A stretch of DNA of 64,000 nt from Eledone cirrhosa (taxonomy: Eukaryota): positions 45,012,001 through 45,076,000 of the forward strand of contig OZ024752.1 of the NCBI GenBank assembly GCA_964016885.1, written 5' to 3'. The notes beneath the pieces were generated by a model, which worked only from the letters and a program-made list of their open reading frames with translations, was not told the origin of the DNA and did not search any database. Shown in pieces: positions 1-13,727 of this stretch; the first letter of the stretch is position 1; the number at the start of each line of letters is the position of its first letter. The position numbers and the translations under genes are program-made.

Positions 1-101
1 ACAGATCTACCACAGATTAACTATAGATCAACCCCAGATCAACTACAGATCAATCACAAATCAACCATAGATCAACCACAGATCAACCACAGATCAACCA
101 C
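1..101. repeat. 11-bp tandem repeat (AGATCAACCAC)n, truncated by window start
   Basis: About 9 degenerate copies of agatcaaccac. Confidence 0.85.
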
Positions 102-754
102 ATTCTAGCATCTATACTACATAAGAGCTGTTTATAATGATGTCATCTTCAGAGGATGAGAGATAAGGAATATAATCGGACCCCAGTATTGGTATTATAT
201 TTATCGGTTCAGAACATAGAGAGCCAGAACGAATACTGCAAAGTATTTTGTTCGATGTTCCATCAATGCTAAACATTAGTCACCTACTATACACCAGTAC
301 TGACGAAAATAATTCTTTAGTTTGGTATTTCTTTTTTAGAAACAAATAGTTATTAAATTGTCCCCGTCGTCTAGGCTCCGACAATTTTCTCGTTCAAAAT
401 AACGAAAATAATTCAGACAATATATAATGAAATTCTAGAAAGTGATCATTATTTAGTATTTGTTTTTTCCTAAACTGTTTCTTTGGTTTTCGTTTTATGT
501 AAATTGAAAACTAAACAGATATGATTTTTTTCTTTATATTAAATTAAAATATATCTTTTCAAACTGACATATTTGTTGCCAAAATAATACACGACACGCT
601 ATTTTCTCGAATATTGAAGCAAAGAATATATTTCAAATCTTATTACGACAACTAATTTACATGTCAATATCTTCGGACTTTGCGACTTTTTAAGGTGAAG
701 AGTTCAGCAAAGATATTTTTTATTGAAATATTATACTTACTAAAGAAGATGTAA

Positions 755-910
755 CGTAATCGAATGGTTAAACTATTCACTTCAATCATTAAAGACCGGG
801 GTTCGATCTCACTATATGGCATATTGGTAAATGTCATTTACCATAGACTTAGGTCAACTCGTGTATTGTGAGAGAAATTACGTAGATGTAAATTGTATAG
901 AAACCTTTCG
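755..910 (+). mobile_element. Degenerate tRNA-derived SINE
   Basis: A-box-like aatcgaatggtt and B-box ggttcgatct, followed by a SINE-like body; heavily diverged. Confidence 0.5.
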
Positions 911-1091
911 GATAGCCCTTATCTGTAAGAACCAACGTTTTTCCAGCCGGGTAGGCTGAAATAACGTGATACCAGGAATACTACTCATAACCTTACGACC
1001 GAGAGGAACTTTTTAGGTGTAAACCCTTGGACAAAATACCTAACTCGACTTGCACATTCGAATGGAACATTCTAGATGGAAACATATGAAC

Positions 1092-1107
1092 AATCCCGAA
1101 GGAAATC

Positions 1108-1178
<71 letters not shown>
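1092..1178. repeat. (GA)n microsatellite
   Basis: Pure GA run. Confidence 0.98.
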
Positions 1179-1182
<4 letters not shown>

Positions 1183-2087
1183 ACATCTATTTCTAGCAAG
1201 TCGAGTGATGGTTTATAATTTAATCGTTGGGGCATGTAACACGATCGTTTTTTAATTGGAGTTAACATATTTAATGTAATATAAAATGAAATGATATTAA
1301 TGTTCGCCTTGTGATGACGAGAGAGAAAAAAAGCCATTATCTTAATGAATTATATATTTTAGACTAAGAAATGGAGGTTTCTCTTGATTATATGATTCCG
1401 AACACCATTAACTATGTTAGTGAAATGGCTTCACTAGAACTAAAAATTGGGTCGCTGACTTACTTAACGAGAAAGGGCAGGAGGGGGGGGGGGCTTGTAC
1501 TTTAGAGCTTTCGCTCAATAAAATCCAATAAGAATGTCTTTATCACGCTTCAAACTCTCACAAGAGTTTTAATTGAAAACATTCGCCATCACGCGAATTT
1601 CATTTATTGTTAACTTAAGACCACACTACGCTAAAGTACATAGAAACATTATAATAAAATTAAAAGAAAAACAACAGCAAAAAGACCAAACAACAACAAC
1701 AACAATAAAAAAACAACAACAACAACACCAAAAACACCAAAAATAAAACCCACCAAAAAAAAAACAACAGATTGTTGAAATTGAAACTCATCCAAAATAT
1801 ATTTACATTAACATAGAAATTATCGTCTATGACAGTGAAATCTCCTTCACTGTGATTTCCTTATAAATCTACTAAACGTGTACTAATGGTCGATGTTAGA
1901 AACGTGTTGGTTAAGGAGAAGACAACAATGGAAGTGTTATTCCGAATAGAAGTCTGGAACTTTTCTAACGAATAAATATCTTTAATTGGTTCGGTTTTAC
2001 GTACTTAAAAAAAAAAAGTGTTGCTACATACAGACATACACAGATGAACACATACACACACACACACACACAGATACACACACAGAG

Positions 2088-2149
<62 letters not shown>

Positions 2150-2250
2150 GTGGAAAGTTATATTTAAATTGTTGGGTTACAACTAGTAAATATTTATAAC
2201 TGATATAAAAGCACTCAACAAGTATTTGGAGTATATTTACGATATTAAAT

Positions 2251-2597
2251 AAATGGAAACTATATTTATAAAACCATATTTATTTCATTATATATATTTC
2301 AGGGATATCATATTAACAATATGCTATGCCTTCCTCAGACAAAATACAATATAGACAGTTTTATAGATAAATAGATTTGACATACCGTTCAACATCGACT
2401 TGTATTTGAAAAGTTGATTTGACTGCCAAATCAACTTTTCAAATACAAGTCGATGTTGAACGGTATGTCAAATCTATTTATCTATAAAACTGTCTATATT
2501 GTATTTTGTCTGAGGAAGGCATAGCATATTGTTAATATGATATCCCTGAAATATATATAATGAAATAAATATGGTTTTATAAATATAGTTTCCATTT
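2251..2597. repeat. Perfect 171-bp-arm palindrome carrying a hammerhead motif on each strand
   Basis: 2251-2421 is the reverse complement of 2427-2597; 5-nt loop actgc. Confidence 0.95.
2502..2567 (+). ncRNA. Type I hammerhead ribozyme motif (mirror copy at 2281-2346 on minus)
   Basis: CTGAGGA 2510-2516; stem II agg-c-ata-g-catatt/gtt/aatatg-a-tat-c-cct; GAAA 2548-2551; palindromic stem III ATATATAT; AUA triplet; stem I tattttgt/atgaaata (8 bp with 2 GU). Confidence 0.8.
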
Positions 2598-2968
2598 GTT
2601 AATATATTGTATTTATATATATAGTTTTTATTTGAAATTATTCGTAATTCTATTTATGGAATATCTCATATAAATACAGTTTAAAAGAAACAGAAAAAAA
2701 AAAAAGAAAATTGAGAAGAATGGAATGTAAGATAGGAAAATATAAAGAAAAATGAGAAAAAATCCCTGGAAAAGGGATGGAATGGCAAGGATTCTAGTGT
2801 CACAGAAGAATGTGGAGAGGATAGGGGGAGGAGGATTGGGTCTAGGGTGCGGCAATAGAGGGGCCGTACCCCGCGGACAAGACGGCAAAAGCATTAGAAA
2901 TCAAAGTCATATATCTTTGAACATAGAATGTCCGTGACCTTTGTTTATTATTAACGAAGATCAGCGCG

Positions 2969-3142
2969 TTGGATTGGCAGTATCGGTAGAAGGTCGGACA
3001 CCATGCTTTGCAGCATATAGTTACACCCCTTTATAGTCTGAGGTTAACTTTGCCTTTCATCCTTACGGGGTCGATAAAATAAAGTACCAGTAATACACTG
3101 GGATAATTGCTGGCCTTGTTCCAAAAGTAGAAACAATTATTA
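2969..3142 (+). mobile_element. tRNA-derived SINE family A (internally deleted)
   Basis: Head ggattggcagtatcggtaga, central gcctttcatccttacggggtcgataaaataaagtaccag, tail gctggccttgt..agtagaaacaattatt; many copies in the window. Confidence 0.9.
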
Positions 3143-3573
3143 GCGAAGATCAGGAAAATATCGCAAACACGAGAAACCAAGTGAAGCATTGTTTATTGGG
3201 AAAATAAAAGATTTTATTCAATGTTTGTTTTATTGAATGTAAGAGATCTTAAATATTTAATGAACAAATCGCTATAAATCATTTTAATATATAAACCACA
3301 GAAGAAACACAAAGACATTGAAAAGACGGATACATTGACATGGTGTATCTCAACTGCATATACATACGCGTACACATACACACTCATACACACGTACACA
3401 CATAAATACACATACACACATATACACACGTACAGACATAAATACACATATACACATATACACACGTACAGACATAAATACACATACACACATGCACGCA
3501 CACCTATTCACTTAGGCCACTTCATCATCTTCTGAAAGCCCGCACCTAGAGCTTTTAAATATGGTAGTGCATA

Positions 3574-3629
<56 letters not shown>

Positions 3630-3845
3630 GAACGATCGACTTTCGTCAAATCGGACCGAGGAAACAATGTTTCCATTGGTATTTCCAGTTGTTAATACTA
3701 TCTATCGGTCGCAACTCCAGGTAGAAGTAGCAACGTGAAATAAAGTGTCTTGCTCAAGGACATAACGCATCGCCCGGTCCGGGAATCGAACTCACAATCT
3801 CACGATTGCAAATCCAATTCTCTAACCACTCAGCCACACGCCCTC
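3630..3845 (-). mobile_element. tRNA-derived SINE family B (CORE-like centre)
   Basis: A and B boxes on minus, ccttgagcaagacactttatttcacgttgct centre, 3' end abuts (TA)n; second copy at 36722-36938. Confidence 0.85.
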
Positions 3846-4024
3846 ACACATATATATATAGGAATAAGGGAAGCTCAAATCATAGTAAATTCAAATATCA
3901 CAGAGAGAAAGAGAGAGAGGTGGAGGAGAAATGAGGGGCAACAGAAATGAAACATGGATTACAGGTTAAAATATAGTCTAGATAGATGAGAAACAAAACG
4001 AGGGTGTTGTTTATGGAACACCCA

Positions 4025-4470
4025 AATGATTTAGAAGTCGACCCTAAGTAGGAGCAATAAGATTAAGAAAGACATGAACGACACCACAACACTTTGTTTT
4101 GAAAATTTTGAAAGTAGGTTTATAAGTATGAATTTTCATAAGATTTTCGTAGTCGTCTCTGTGGCCTAGTGGTAGGTACTGGAGACGGTGGAGATCCTGG
4201 TCTTGGGTTCAATCCTGGTCAACAGGTACATGTAACCTTTTTCAGTTTTTATTTTACAACCCATAGAAAAAAACTGAAAAAGGTTTACCAGGAACCCTAC
4301 TCCCGACCAGGATCGAACTTCAGACCAGGATCACCACCGTCTATGATTCCCCCAACTAGGCCACCGAGACAGCTACAAAAGTATAATGAAAATTGATAAT
4401 TATAAACCCACTTTCAAAATCAAAGTTTCCTAGAGCTATTAGTAATATTTAGGGTCGACTTCTGGTCATT
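4025..4470. mobile_element. Fold-back (MITE-like) element made of two convergent tRNA-like units
   Basis: agaagtcgaccctaa 4033-4047 / ttagggtcgacttct 4449-4463; inverted similarity continues to a centre near 4258; A box TGGCCTAGTGG 4162 and B box GGTTCAATCC 4206 on +, mirrored on - at 4352-4363 and 4310-4318. Confidence 0.8.
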
Positions 4471-4680
4471 ACTGAAAGTCTCTGGATTTCGCCAAAGACA
4501 TAATATTTTTTATTGGAGAAGGTAAAATATTTTTCTGCAAAAATTTGATTGCACTGTTTTGTTTCCACTTATGTATTTTTCGAAAATGTTATTTATTCAT
4601 TATAAAAATTAAATGATAGCATTCTATATGTAGGTGGGCCCCCTTCATCTCCTGGTAAGCAATATTTTTAGACCCAGTCC

Positions 4681-4758
<78 letters not shown>

Positions 4759-5324
4759 TATATATATGCGCGAAAAACATATATTACCTCAGTTATTCAT
4801 ATTTATACTGCAAAATACTTCGCCTCTAGTAACGAGAAGAAGAATTAATGTAGCTGAAAATATTTGGAAGAAGTATCTAACATCTTGTAAGAGTTGGATT
4901 GTTTTTAATTAAATAACGGTAAACTATAAACTTCCTTCAATAGCGCGGACACCAGACGTGGTTGCGGCAATAAGCATGGCACCACCATTTCTTAATCTTT
5001 AGCTCAACAACTTCCTTTCCAAGTCCGTATTCTTAATGAAATACACAACATTTCAATTAATTAATGAAGAATTTTGAGGGTTTTTCTAAATTTATTAATT
5101 ATTTTATTACCAAAATAGTAAGTTAGCATATGGTTCTTATATGCCGGAAGATTTCAATTTAGATAAAGAACATTTTAAAATGGGTGATGTTATATCATAG
5201 AACCAGGGAAGATTTTAGCTGAGTTACTACCAAAAGGGTTCGGCAGCCGAGTTTAAAGGGGTCTACTTAAAACATTTTATTAAGAGGTGTCTTTAGGAAA
5301 TTACAATTATATTTCTGTTAGCCA

Positions 5325-5370
5325 ATGAATGCTGTTGAAGTGTGTATACATTTTTGGGGGACACTCTGAA
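5325..5370 (-). mobile_element. Tc1/mariner-type terminal inverted repeat remnant
   Basis: Reverse complement cagagtgtcccccaaaaatgtatacacacttcaacagc resembles 12047-12085. Confidence 0.5.
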
Positions 5371-5537
5371 CATACATACCCCCCCCCCCGCCCGCATATA
5401 TAAATATAAATATATATACACATATATATGAGAAACGTTTTTTGAATATCAATAATAATATTTGATTCGTTTGCAATTATGCAAACAGTCTCTTTAAGCC
5501 ATGTGAGTAGAATGGCCCCGTCACTGTTGCTCTTGTG

Positions 5538-5623
<86 letters not shown>

Positions 5624-5626
5624 GTA

Positions 5627-5706
<80 letters not shown>

Positions 5707-5756
5707 GTATATATATATATATATACCCACATGGTGTAGATGCAGTGCAATTCTTA

Positions 5757-6312
5757 TACACAACACAACAACACAAAAACACCACAACACCACAACACAA
5801 CAACACCACAGCACAACAACACCACAACACAACAACACCACAACACAACAACACCACAACACAACAACACCACACCACCACAACACCACAGCACAACAAC
5901 ACCACAACACAACAACACCACAACACAACAACACCACAACACCACAACACAACAACACCACAACACCACAACACCACAACACCACAACACAACAACACCA
6001 CACCACCACAACACCACAACACAACGACACCACAACACAACAACACCACAACACAACAACACCACAACACCACAACACAACAACACAACACCACCACAAC
6101 ACCACAGCACAACAACACCACAACACAACAACACCACAACACAACAACACCACAACACCACAACACAACAACACAACACCACCACAACACCACAGCACAA
6201 CAACACCACAACACCACAACACAACAACACCACAACACCACAACACCACAACACCACAACACAACAACACCACACCACCACAACACCACAACACAACGAC
6301 ACCACAACACAA
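5757..6312. repeat. Compound (CACAA/CAACAC/CAC)n low-complexity repeat
   Basis: A/C-only tandem units of 5-8 bp. Confidence 0.95.
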
Positions 6313-6522
6313 TAATACAGAGAAGTAGTTGAACATGTGACAAGCAGTATTTTATTCATTGTCTTCTGGTCTTCATTATTTTCCAAATAGTGAAGTTCCA
6401 ACAATGGCGACTCAATGAAGAATTATCATAATTGCCTGACGACCATCACGATATAGCAAAATGGTAAATCGATATAAGCATTAAATATATCTAAAACGAA
6501 TAAAAGTAAGATATACACATAG

Positions 6523-7435
<913 letters not shown>

Positions 7436-7469
7436 TATTTATGTAATAAACAACATAAGATAATTATTT

Positions 7470-7525
7470 CATTTACCAGTGGTTTCTTGAAGGCAGATGT
7501 TATGTCTGTCTTCAGTCGTCAGAAT

Positions 7526-7526
<1 letters not shown>
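7470..7526 (-). ncRNA. Type I hammerhead ribozyme motif
   Basis: Minus strand: tatt CTGACGA c tgaag-a-caga/cataaca/tctg-c-cttca a GAAA cca-c-tggt A aatg; GUA triplet; stem I tatt/aatg; flanked by (TA)n. Confidence 0.8.
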
Positions 7527-7621
<95 letters not shown>

Positions 7622-7690
7622 CAAAAGTTTAATATGGAAATGACTTCTACAGGACTAGAACTGTTTCAAACGAAAGCAATTTTCTGATTG
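7622..7690 (-). mobile_element. Decayed copy of the 43015-43150 hammerhead family
   Basis: Shares ttctacaggactagaactgtttca with 43035-43057. Confidence 0.7.
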
Positions 7691-7728
7691 AATCCGGGAC
7701 CCTCTTTCTCTCTCTCTCTCTCTCTCTC

Positions 7729-7796
<68 letters not shown>

Positions 7797-7803
7797 ACGC
7801 ACC

Positions 7804-7858
<55 letters not shown>

Positions 7859-8129
7859 CAGAAAACATATTTTAAAATGTTCTAATTGGTATTCCTAATT
7901 AAATTCATCATCTGAGAACAAATGAAACGATTATTAAAAATATATCAGATTTAAGATTTCTATAATGTCCGCCTGTTTCGTGACTAATACAACCAAACAT
8001 ATCATTGGTGTTAAACCTCGTTAGAGGACGAAACATGGCTTTTTGTAACATTATATATAGGAATATTATTATTCAAGTTTAACCTTGTGATGTCTCATTT
8101 ATTTGAAAGTAGCTTCCGTTTATGTCTAA

Positions 8130-8179
<50 letters not shown>

Positions 8180-8214
8180 ATATCTGTCTGTCTGTTTGTC
8201 TGTCTGTCTATCTA

Positions 8215-8378
<164 letters not shown>

Positions 8379-8441
8379 CGTGTCTATATTGTAGATGCAA
8401 TGTATTTCTTATAAAATATTAAAATATACAACCCCCTCCCC

Positions 8442-8554
<113 letters not shown>

Positions 8555-8845
8555 TGAGAGAGAGAGACTATTGTTCAAAAGTAACTAGCTAAGTAGAAGT
8601 TCAGTTGTATAGGAGAACTCTATAAGACAGCCATCACAAATTGATAGAATTTAAACTATTTTACGTCAAAAATATTGACAACTTTCTCTTTGCATTAAGC
8701 ACAATAGGCTGATGTCGAAATAGATTTAGTTGGCCCCGATAGGTGCACTTTCACAGTGAACCAGTCAAATAACATAAACACATTCTGACAAAAGAAACCG
8801 ATTGTATATGTAATTGTAGCATATTCAGTGAAAGACATTCGCTTT

Positions 8846-8990
8846 GACTAAGATCTTCGTCTCTCATTTCTCCAGTAACTGGTTGTGGTTCTGTATGAAT
8901 GTAGAAGAGGGAGAGACGGTCAACTCGACTAACATCTTCACCTCTCATTTCTCCAGTAACTTCTTGTGGTGTTGTGTAGAGGGAAGGTTG
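8846..8990. repeat. About 81-bp imperfect tandem duplication
   Basis: gactaa.atcttc..ctctcatttctccagtaact occurs twice. Confidence 0.8.
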
Positions 8991-9320
8991 TAAAGATAAG
9001 ACGTCTCTATATATTATTGCATCTATCATTGCTTCGCCCGCGTTTTTTTTCTTTGTTTCTTTGTTTCTTTGTTTCTTTGTTTCTTTGTTTCTATTCATAT
9101 TTGTCTGTCTCTGTCGGCTTTCTTCTTCATTCTTTTCCTTTCATTTCTTCTTCCATTAAATATTGATGTAGTCACCTTCTTCTGATGTCATTATTGAACG
9201 CAGGTCGACTGAAATATAAAAACAAAAACCTGAACATCTCTATGACTTGTAGTGTGTATTGGATATTGGTTTGTGTCGAGTGTGGGGTAACATTATATAT
9301 CTTCTCTTATTGTTTATTTC

Positions 9321-9708
9321 TAGCCCAGCCCAGCTCATCCCAGCTCAGCCCAGCTTAGCTCAGGCCAGCCCATACCAGCCCAACCCAGCCCAACCCAGCC
9401 CAGCTCAGCCCAGCTCAGCCCAGCTCAGACCATCTCAGCCCATCTCAGCCCAGATCAGCGCATCTCAGCCCAGCTCAGCTCAGCTCATCCCAGCTCAGCT
9501 CAGCTCATCCCAGCTCAGCTCATCCCAGCTCAGCTCATCCCAGCTCAGCTCATCCCAGCTCAACTCATCTCAGCCCAGCCCAGCTCAGCTCAGCCCATCT
9601 CAGCTCAGCTTAGCTCAGCTCAGCTCAGCCCAGCCTATCTCAGCTCAGCTCAGCCCACCTCAGCCCACCTTAGTCCATCCCAGCCCATCCCAATCAATTC
9701 CAACCCAG
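9321..9708. repeat. (CAGCT/CAGCC/CATCC)n pentanucleotide array
   Basis: About 75 pentamer units. Confidence 0.95.
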
Positions 9709-10267
9709 TTATTCCTGAGAGGGAAATTTCGGCCACTTGTATTCGCGATCATATTCTTTTGGTCATTACCAAAGATTCCTGACCATTGTTAAGGGGTATG
9801 CGCAAATACCGAATTGAAGATAGCGAGTTTGTCTTTTACACCTACTTCATTTTATAATATTTTTTTTTATTACCGAATGCTGTAGCTGGGGCATTACTAC
9901 ACCAGCTTCTACAGTTCTTCAACTTATTTCAACCACCTACCTCCCTTCAATCACGAACACCACTCAGAGATATTTAAACTTCTCCACCTGCTTCAGTGGA
10001 ACTCCATTCAGCAAAACGAAATAGTATTTTTTAGTAGGTGATAAACTAGAAGTAAAATTGTATAAAATTGTCCAGAAACAGTAATTATGGGTTAGATCTA
10101 ATTATTGTTAAAACCATAATTATAGTTACAGTAGCAATTCTATTTCGTTGCTAATTAGAGTAATCACATCTCTTTATTTGTATTTTTTTCAAATTTAAAC
10201 TGTCATTGTTGTAAATAGGAATTAGGAGGATGTGGTGATGTGGTTAAGATATTTGTTGACTCTCATT

Positions 10268-10337
10268 GGTAGAAGTAGTAGTAGTAGTAGTAGTGGTGGT
10301 GGTGGTGGTGGTGGTAGTAGTAGTAGTAGTAGTGGTG

Positions 10338-10369
<32 letters not shown>

Positions 10370-10541
10370 GGTAGTGGTGGTAGTAGTAGTAGTAGCAGTA
10401 GTAGTAGAAGTAGTAGTGGTAGTAGTAGTAGTAGTAGTGGTAGTTGTAGTAACAGCTGTAGTAGCAGTAGTAGTAGTGGTGGTGGTAGTAGTAGCAGTAG
10501 TAGTAGAAGTAGTAATAGCAGTAGTAGTAGTAGCAGCAGCT

Positions 10542-10572
<31 letters not shown>

Positions 10573-10997
10573 CAGCTGTAGTAGTAGTAGTAGTAGTAGA
10601 TGTAGTAGTAGTAGCAGCAGCAGCTGTAGTAGTAGTAGTAGTAGTAGTAGCAGTAGTAGTAGTAGCAGTAGTAGTAGTAGTAGTAGTAGCAGCAGCTGTA
10701 GTAGTAGTAGTAGTAGCAGCAGCTGTAGTAGTAGTAGTAGTAGCAGCAGCTGTAGTAGTAGTAGCAGTAATAGTAGTAGTAGTAGTAGTAGTAGCAGCTG
10801 TAGTAGTAGTAGTAGTAGATGTAGTAGTAGTAGCAGCAGTAGTAGTAGTAGCAGTAGTAGCAGCAGCTGTAGTAGTAGTAGTAGCAGCAGCAGCTGTAGT
10901 AGTAGTAGTAGTAGCAGCAGCTGTAGTAGTAGTAGTAGTAGCAGCAGCTGTAGTAGTAGTAGTAGTAGCAGCAGCTGTAGTAGTAGTAGTAGCAGTA
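10268..10997. repeat. (TAG/TGG/CAG)n trinucleotide array
   Basis: Direct inspection; recurring agcagcagctgt higher-order unit. Confidence 0.97.
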
Positions 10998-11070
10998 GGG
11001 TGACGCAGTATGGTAATGGTGAGATAGGGTGCACAAATAAGGCACTTTGGAGGTAGGGTGCCGCATTGTA

Positions 11071-11691
11071 GCACTGGGGAGCTCGGGTGGTACGCTATGG
11101 CACTGGGGAGCTCGGGTGGTACGCTATGGCACTGGGGAGCTCGGGTGGTACGCTATGGCACTGGGGAACTCGGGTGGTACGCTATGGCACTGGGGAGCTC
11201 GGGTGGTACGCTATGGCACTGGGGAACTCGGGTGGTACGCTATGGCACTGGGGAACTCGGGTGGTACGCTATGGCACTGGGGAACTCGGGTGGTACGCTA
11301 TGGCACTGGGGAACTCGGGTGGTACGCTATGGCACTGGGGAACTCGGGTGGTACGCTATGGCACTGGGGAGCTCGGGTGGTACGCTATGGCACTGGGGAA
11401 CTCGGGTGGTACGCTATGGCACTGGGGAACTCGGGTGGTACGCTATGGCACTGGGGAACTCGGGTGGTACGCTATGGCACTGGGGAACTCGGGTGGTACG
11501 CTATGGCACTGGGGAACTCGGGTGGTACGCTATGGCACTGGGGAGCTCGGGTGGTACGCTATGGCACTGGGGAACTCGGGTGGTACGCTATGGCACTGGG
11601 GAACTCGGGTGGTACGCTATGGCACTGGGGAGCTCGGGTGGTACGCTATGGCACTGGGGAGCTCGGGTGGTCCGCTATGGCACTGGGGAGC
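11071..11691. repeat. 29-bp G-rich minisatellite (GCACTGGGGAA/GCTCGGGTGGTACGCTATG) x about 21
   Basis: Near-identical head-to-tail units with one A/G variant site and no spacers. Confidence 0.97.
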
Positions 11692-11770
11692 TTCAGTGAC
11701 ACAGTATGGCAATATGGAACTATCTATCTATCTTTTGACATGATTCTCTATCGATCTATCTACCTACCTA

Positions 11771-11875
<105 letters not shown>

Positions 11876-12044
11876 ATATATAGACATGTATCTATATATA
11901 TATCTATATACACATTAGTTTTGCGAGTCTACGCCTCGAAACAGCTGGTAATAAATTAATGCGTCAAAGCGTTCATATAAATACCTCCACATCCTGTGTT
12001 GATTGCTCATATCGTTTGAACCCACACCTATCAACATTTATATA

Positions 12045-12656
12045 TACCGGCTGTCCCAGAAAAATATATACACACTTCAACAGCCCCCCGCCTCCCCCCC
12101 AAAAAATGCATTAAAATAAATTCTGTTTTATATGCATTATTTAAAAGGGTGGTGGATTGGCAGTATCGGTAGAGGGTCGGACGCCATGCTTTGACGTATA
12201 GAGTTACGGCCCTTGCCATTCTGAGTTCAAATCCCGCCGAGGTTGACTTAGCCTTTCATCCTTCGATAAAATAAAGTACCAGTAATGCACTGGGTAATTG
12301 CTGGCCTTGTGCCTAAAGTAGAAACAATTATTTAAAAGGGCGGTGGATTGGCAGTATCGGTAGAGGGTCGGACGCCATGCTTTGACGCATAGAGTTACGG
12401 CCCTTGCCATTCTGAGTTCAAATCCCTGCGAGCCTTGTGCCAAAAGTAGAAACAATTATTTAAATTATGAAGGAGGTGGATTGGCAGAATCGGTAGAAAG
12501 TCAAACAATTATTTAAATTATGTAAACATTTTTGGGTGTTTACATACAATTAAATTATGTCTGTAGATCATTTTATTTTTGGGGAAAGGCTGTGTATTTT
12601 AATAAATATTACCTTTACAGGTAATCAAAGAGTCTATACATTTCTTTGGGACATGT
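12045..12656. mobile_element. Tc1/mariner-like MITE interrupted by tandem SINE-A copies
   Basis: TA-ccggctgtcccagaaaatatatacac ... gtctatacatttctttgggacatg-TA imperfect TIRs. Confidence 0.5.
12145..12510 (+). mobile_element. Three tandem SINE-A copies (near full, internally deleted, head only)
   Basis: Repeated ggtggattggcag heads separated by attatttaaa. Confidence 0.9.
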
Positions 12657-12783
12657 AAATCTGGTTGGTGTTAAGAAGGGCACCCAGTTATAGAAAACCT
12701 GCCAGAAACAGTTCTGTACGAGCGAGACACAGTGTCCCGACCAATCTTGCTCAAATGGGACAAACCCACACACCCACACACAA

Positions 12784-12816
<33 letters not shown>

Positions 12817-12952
12817 AACATACGTGCCAGTTCAGCTTCACTTCCGCATATATTAATATTCAGAGAAAGTTTTTTTTTTAAAGATGGAATAACTCGGAGG
12901 AGACTAAGAGGACAAAAAAAAAAAAAAACGTCATTGAGAAGGTCACAAAATG

Positions 12953-13727
12953 TGTGATGAAAGAACTTTGCTAATTAAATAAGCATTTGGTTGCTAAACT
13001 AGCCGATGAATGGATCAGTTTTCTGACTAAGAATAACACCGGAAGTGAATCTCGGCTGGTGAAAGTATTTTTATTGGCAGCACCACTCCTCCAGACTATA
13101 CAGCCACATCTGTTACAACTGTGGCAGCACCACTCCTCCAGACTATACAGCCACATCTGTTACAACTGTGGCAGCACCACTCCTCCAGACTATACAGCCA
13201 CATCTGTTACAACTGTGGCAGCACCACTCCTCCAGACTATACAGCCACATCTGTTACAACTGTGGCAGCACCACTCCTCCAGACTACAGCCACATCTGTT
13301 ACAACTCTGGAAGCACCACTCCTCCAGACTACAGCCACATCTGTTACAACTGTGGCAGCACCACTCCTCCAGACTACAGCCACATCTGTTACAACTGTGG
13401 CAGCACCACTCCTCCAGACTACAGCCACATCTGTTACAACTGTGGCAGCACCACTCCTCCAGACTACAGCCACATCTGTTACAACTGTGGCAGCACCGAG
13501 AATCTTGCAAAACAAATACAGAGAGAGAGACAGAGAGAGAGAGAGAGACACACAGACACAGGTCCTGTCAGAAGCAACTGTCTCCAACTGATTCGGCTGG
13601 ATCCCCAAACATGACCAGTCAAGCCCATGGATGTTATCCAACCATCTTGCTCAGGGTCTACCCCTGGGTCTACCCCTGTCGGTTAGTTTTGACCGTTAAA
13701 TCTGTCCAGTGATTCTTTCCTGAGACA
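12953..13727 (-). mobile_element. Possible solo LTR containing the 47/45-bp minisatellite
   Basis: Ends tgtgatgaaagaa / ttctttcctgagaca (TG..CA with shared GAAAGAA); AATAAA on minus near 13070; no TSD found. Confidence 0.3.
13076..13497. repeat. Minisatellite: 4 x 47 bp then 5 x 45 bp
   Basis: ggcagcaccactcctccagacta(ta)cagccacatctgttacaactgt. Confidence 0.97.

Noticed and set aside
4155-4225. Functional tRNA gene
   Set aside because: A and B boxes are present but no convincing acceptor or anticodon stems.
6430-6485. Hammerhead CTGACGA-ccat/atgg-tAAA, or exon 6391-6463
   Set aside because: The core G is missing; the exon candidate has stops in all frames.
9321-9708. Immunoglobulin switch-like GAGCT/GGGCT pentamers on minus
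   Set aside because: Short, with no Ig context; most simply a pentanucleotide microsatellite.
10222-11074. Poly-Ser, poly-Leu or poly-Thr proteins
   Set aside because: Trinucleotide repeat with no splice or domain support.
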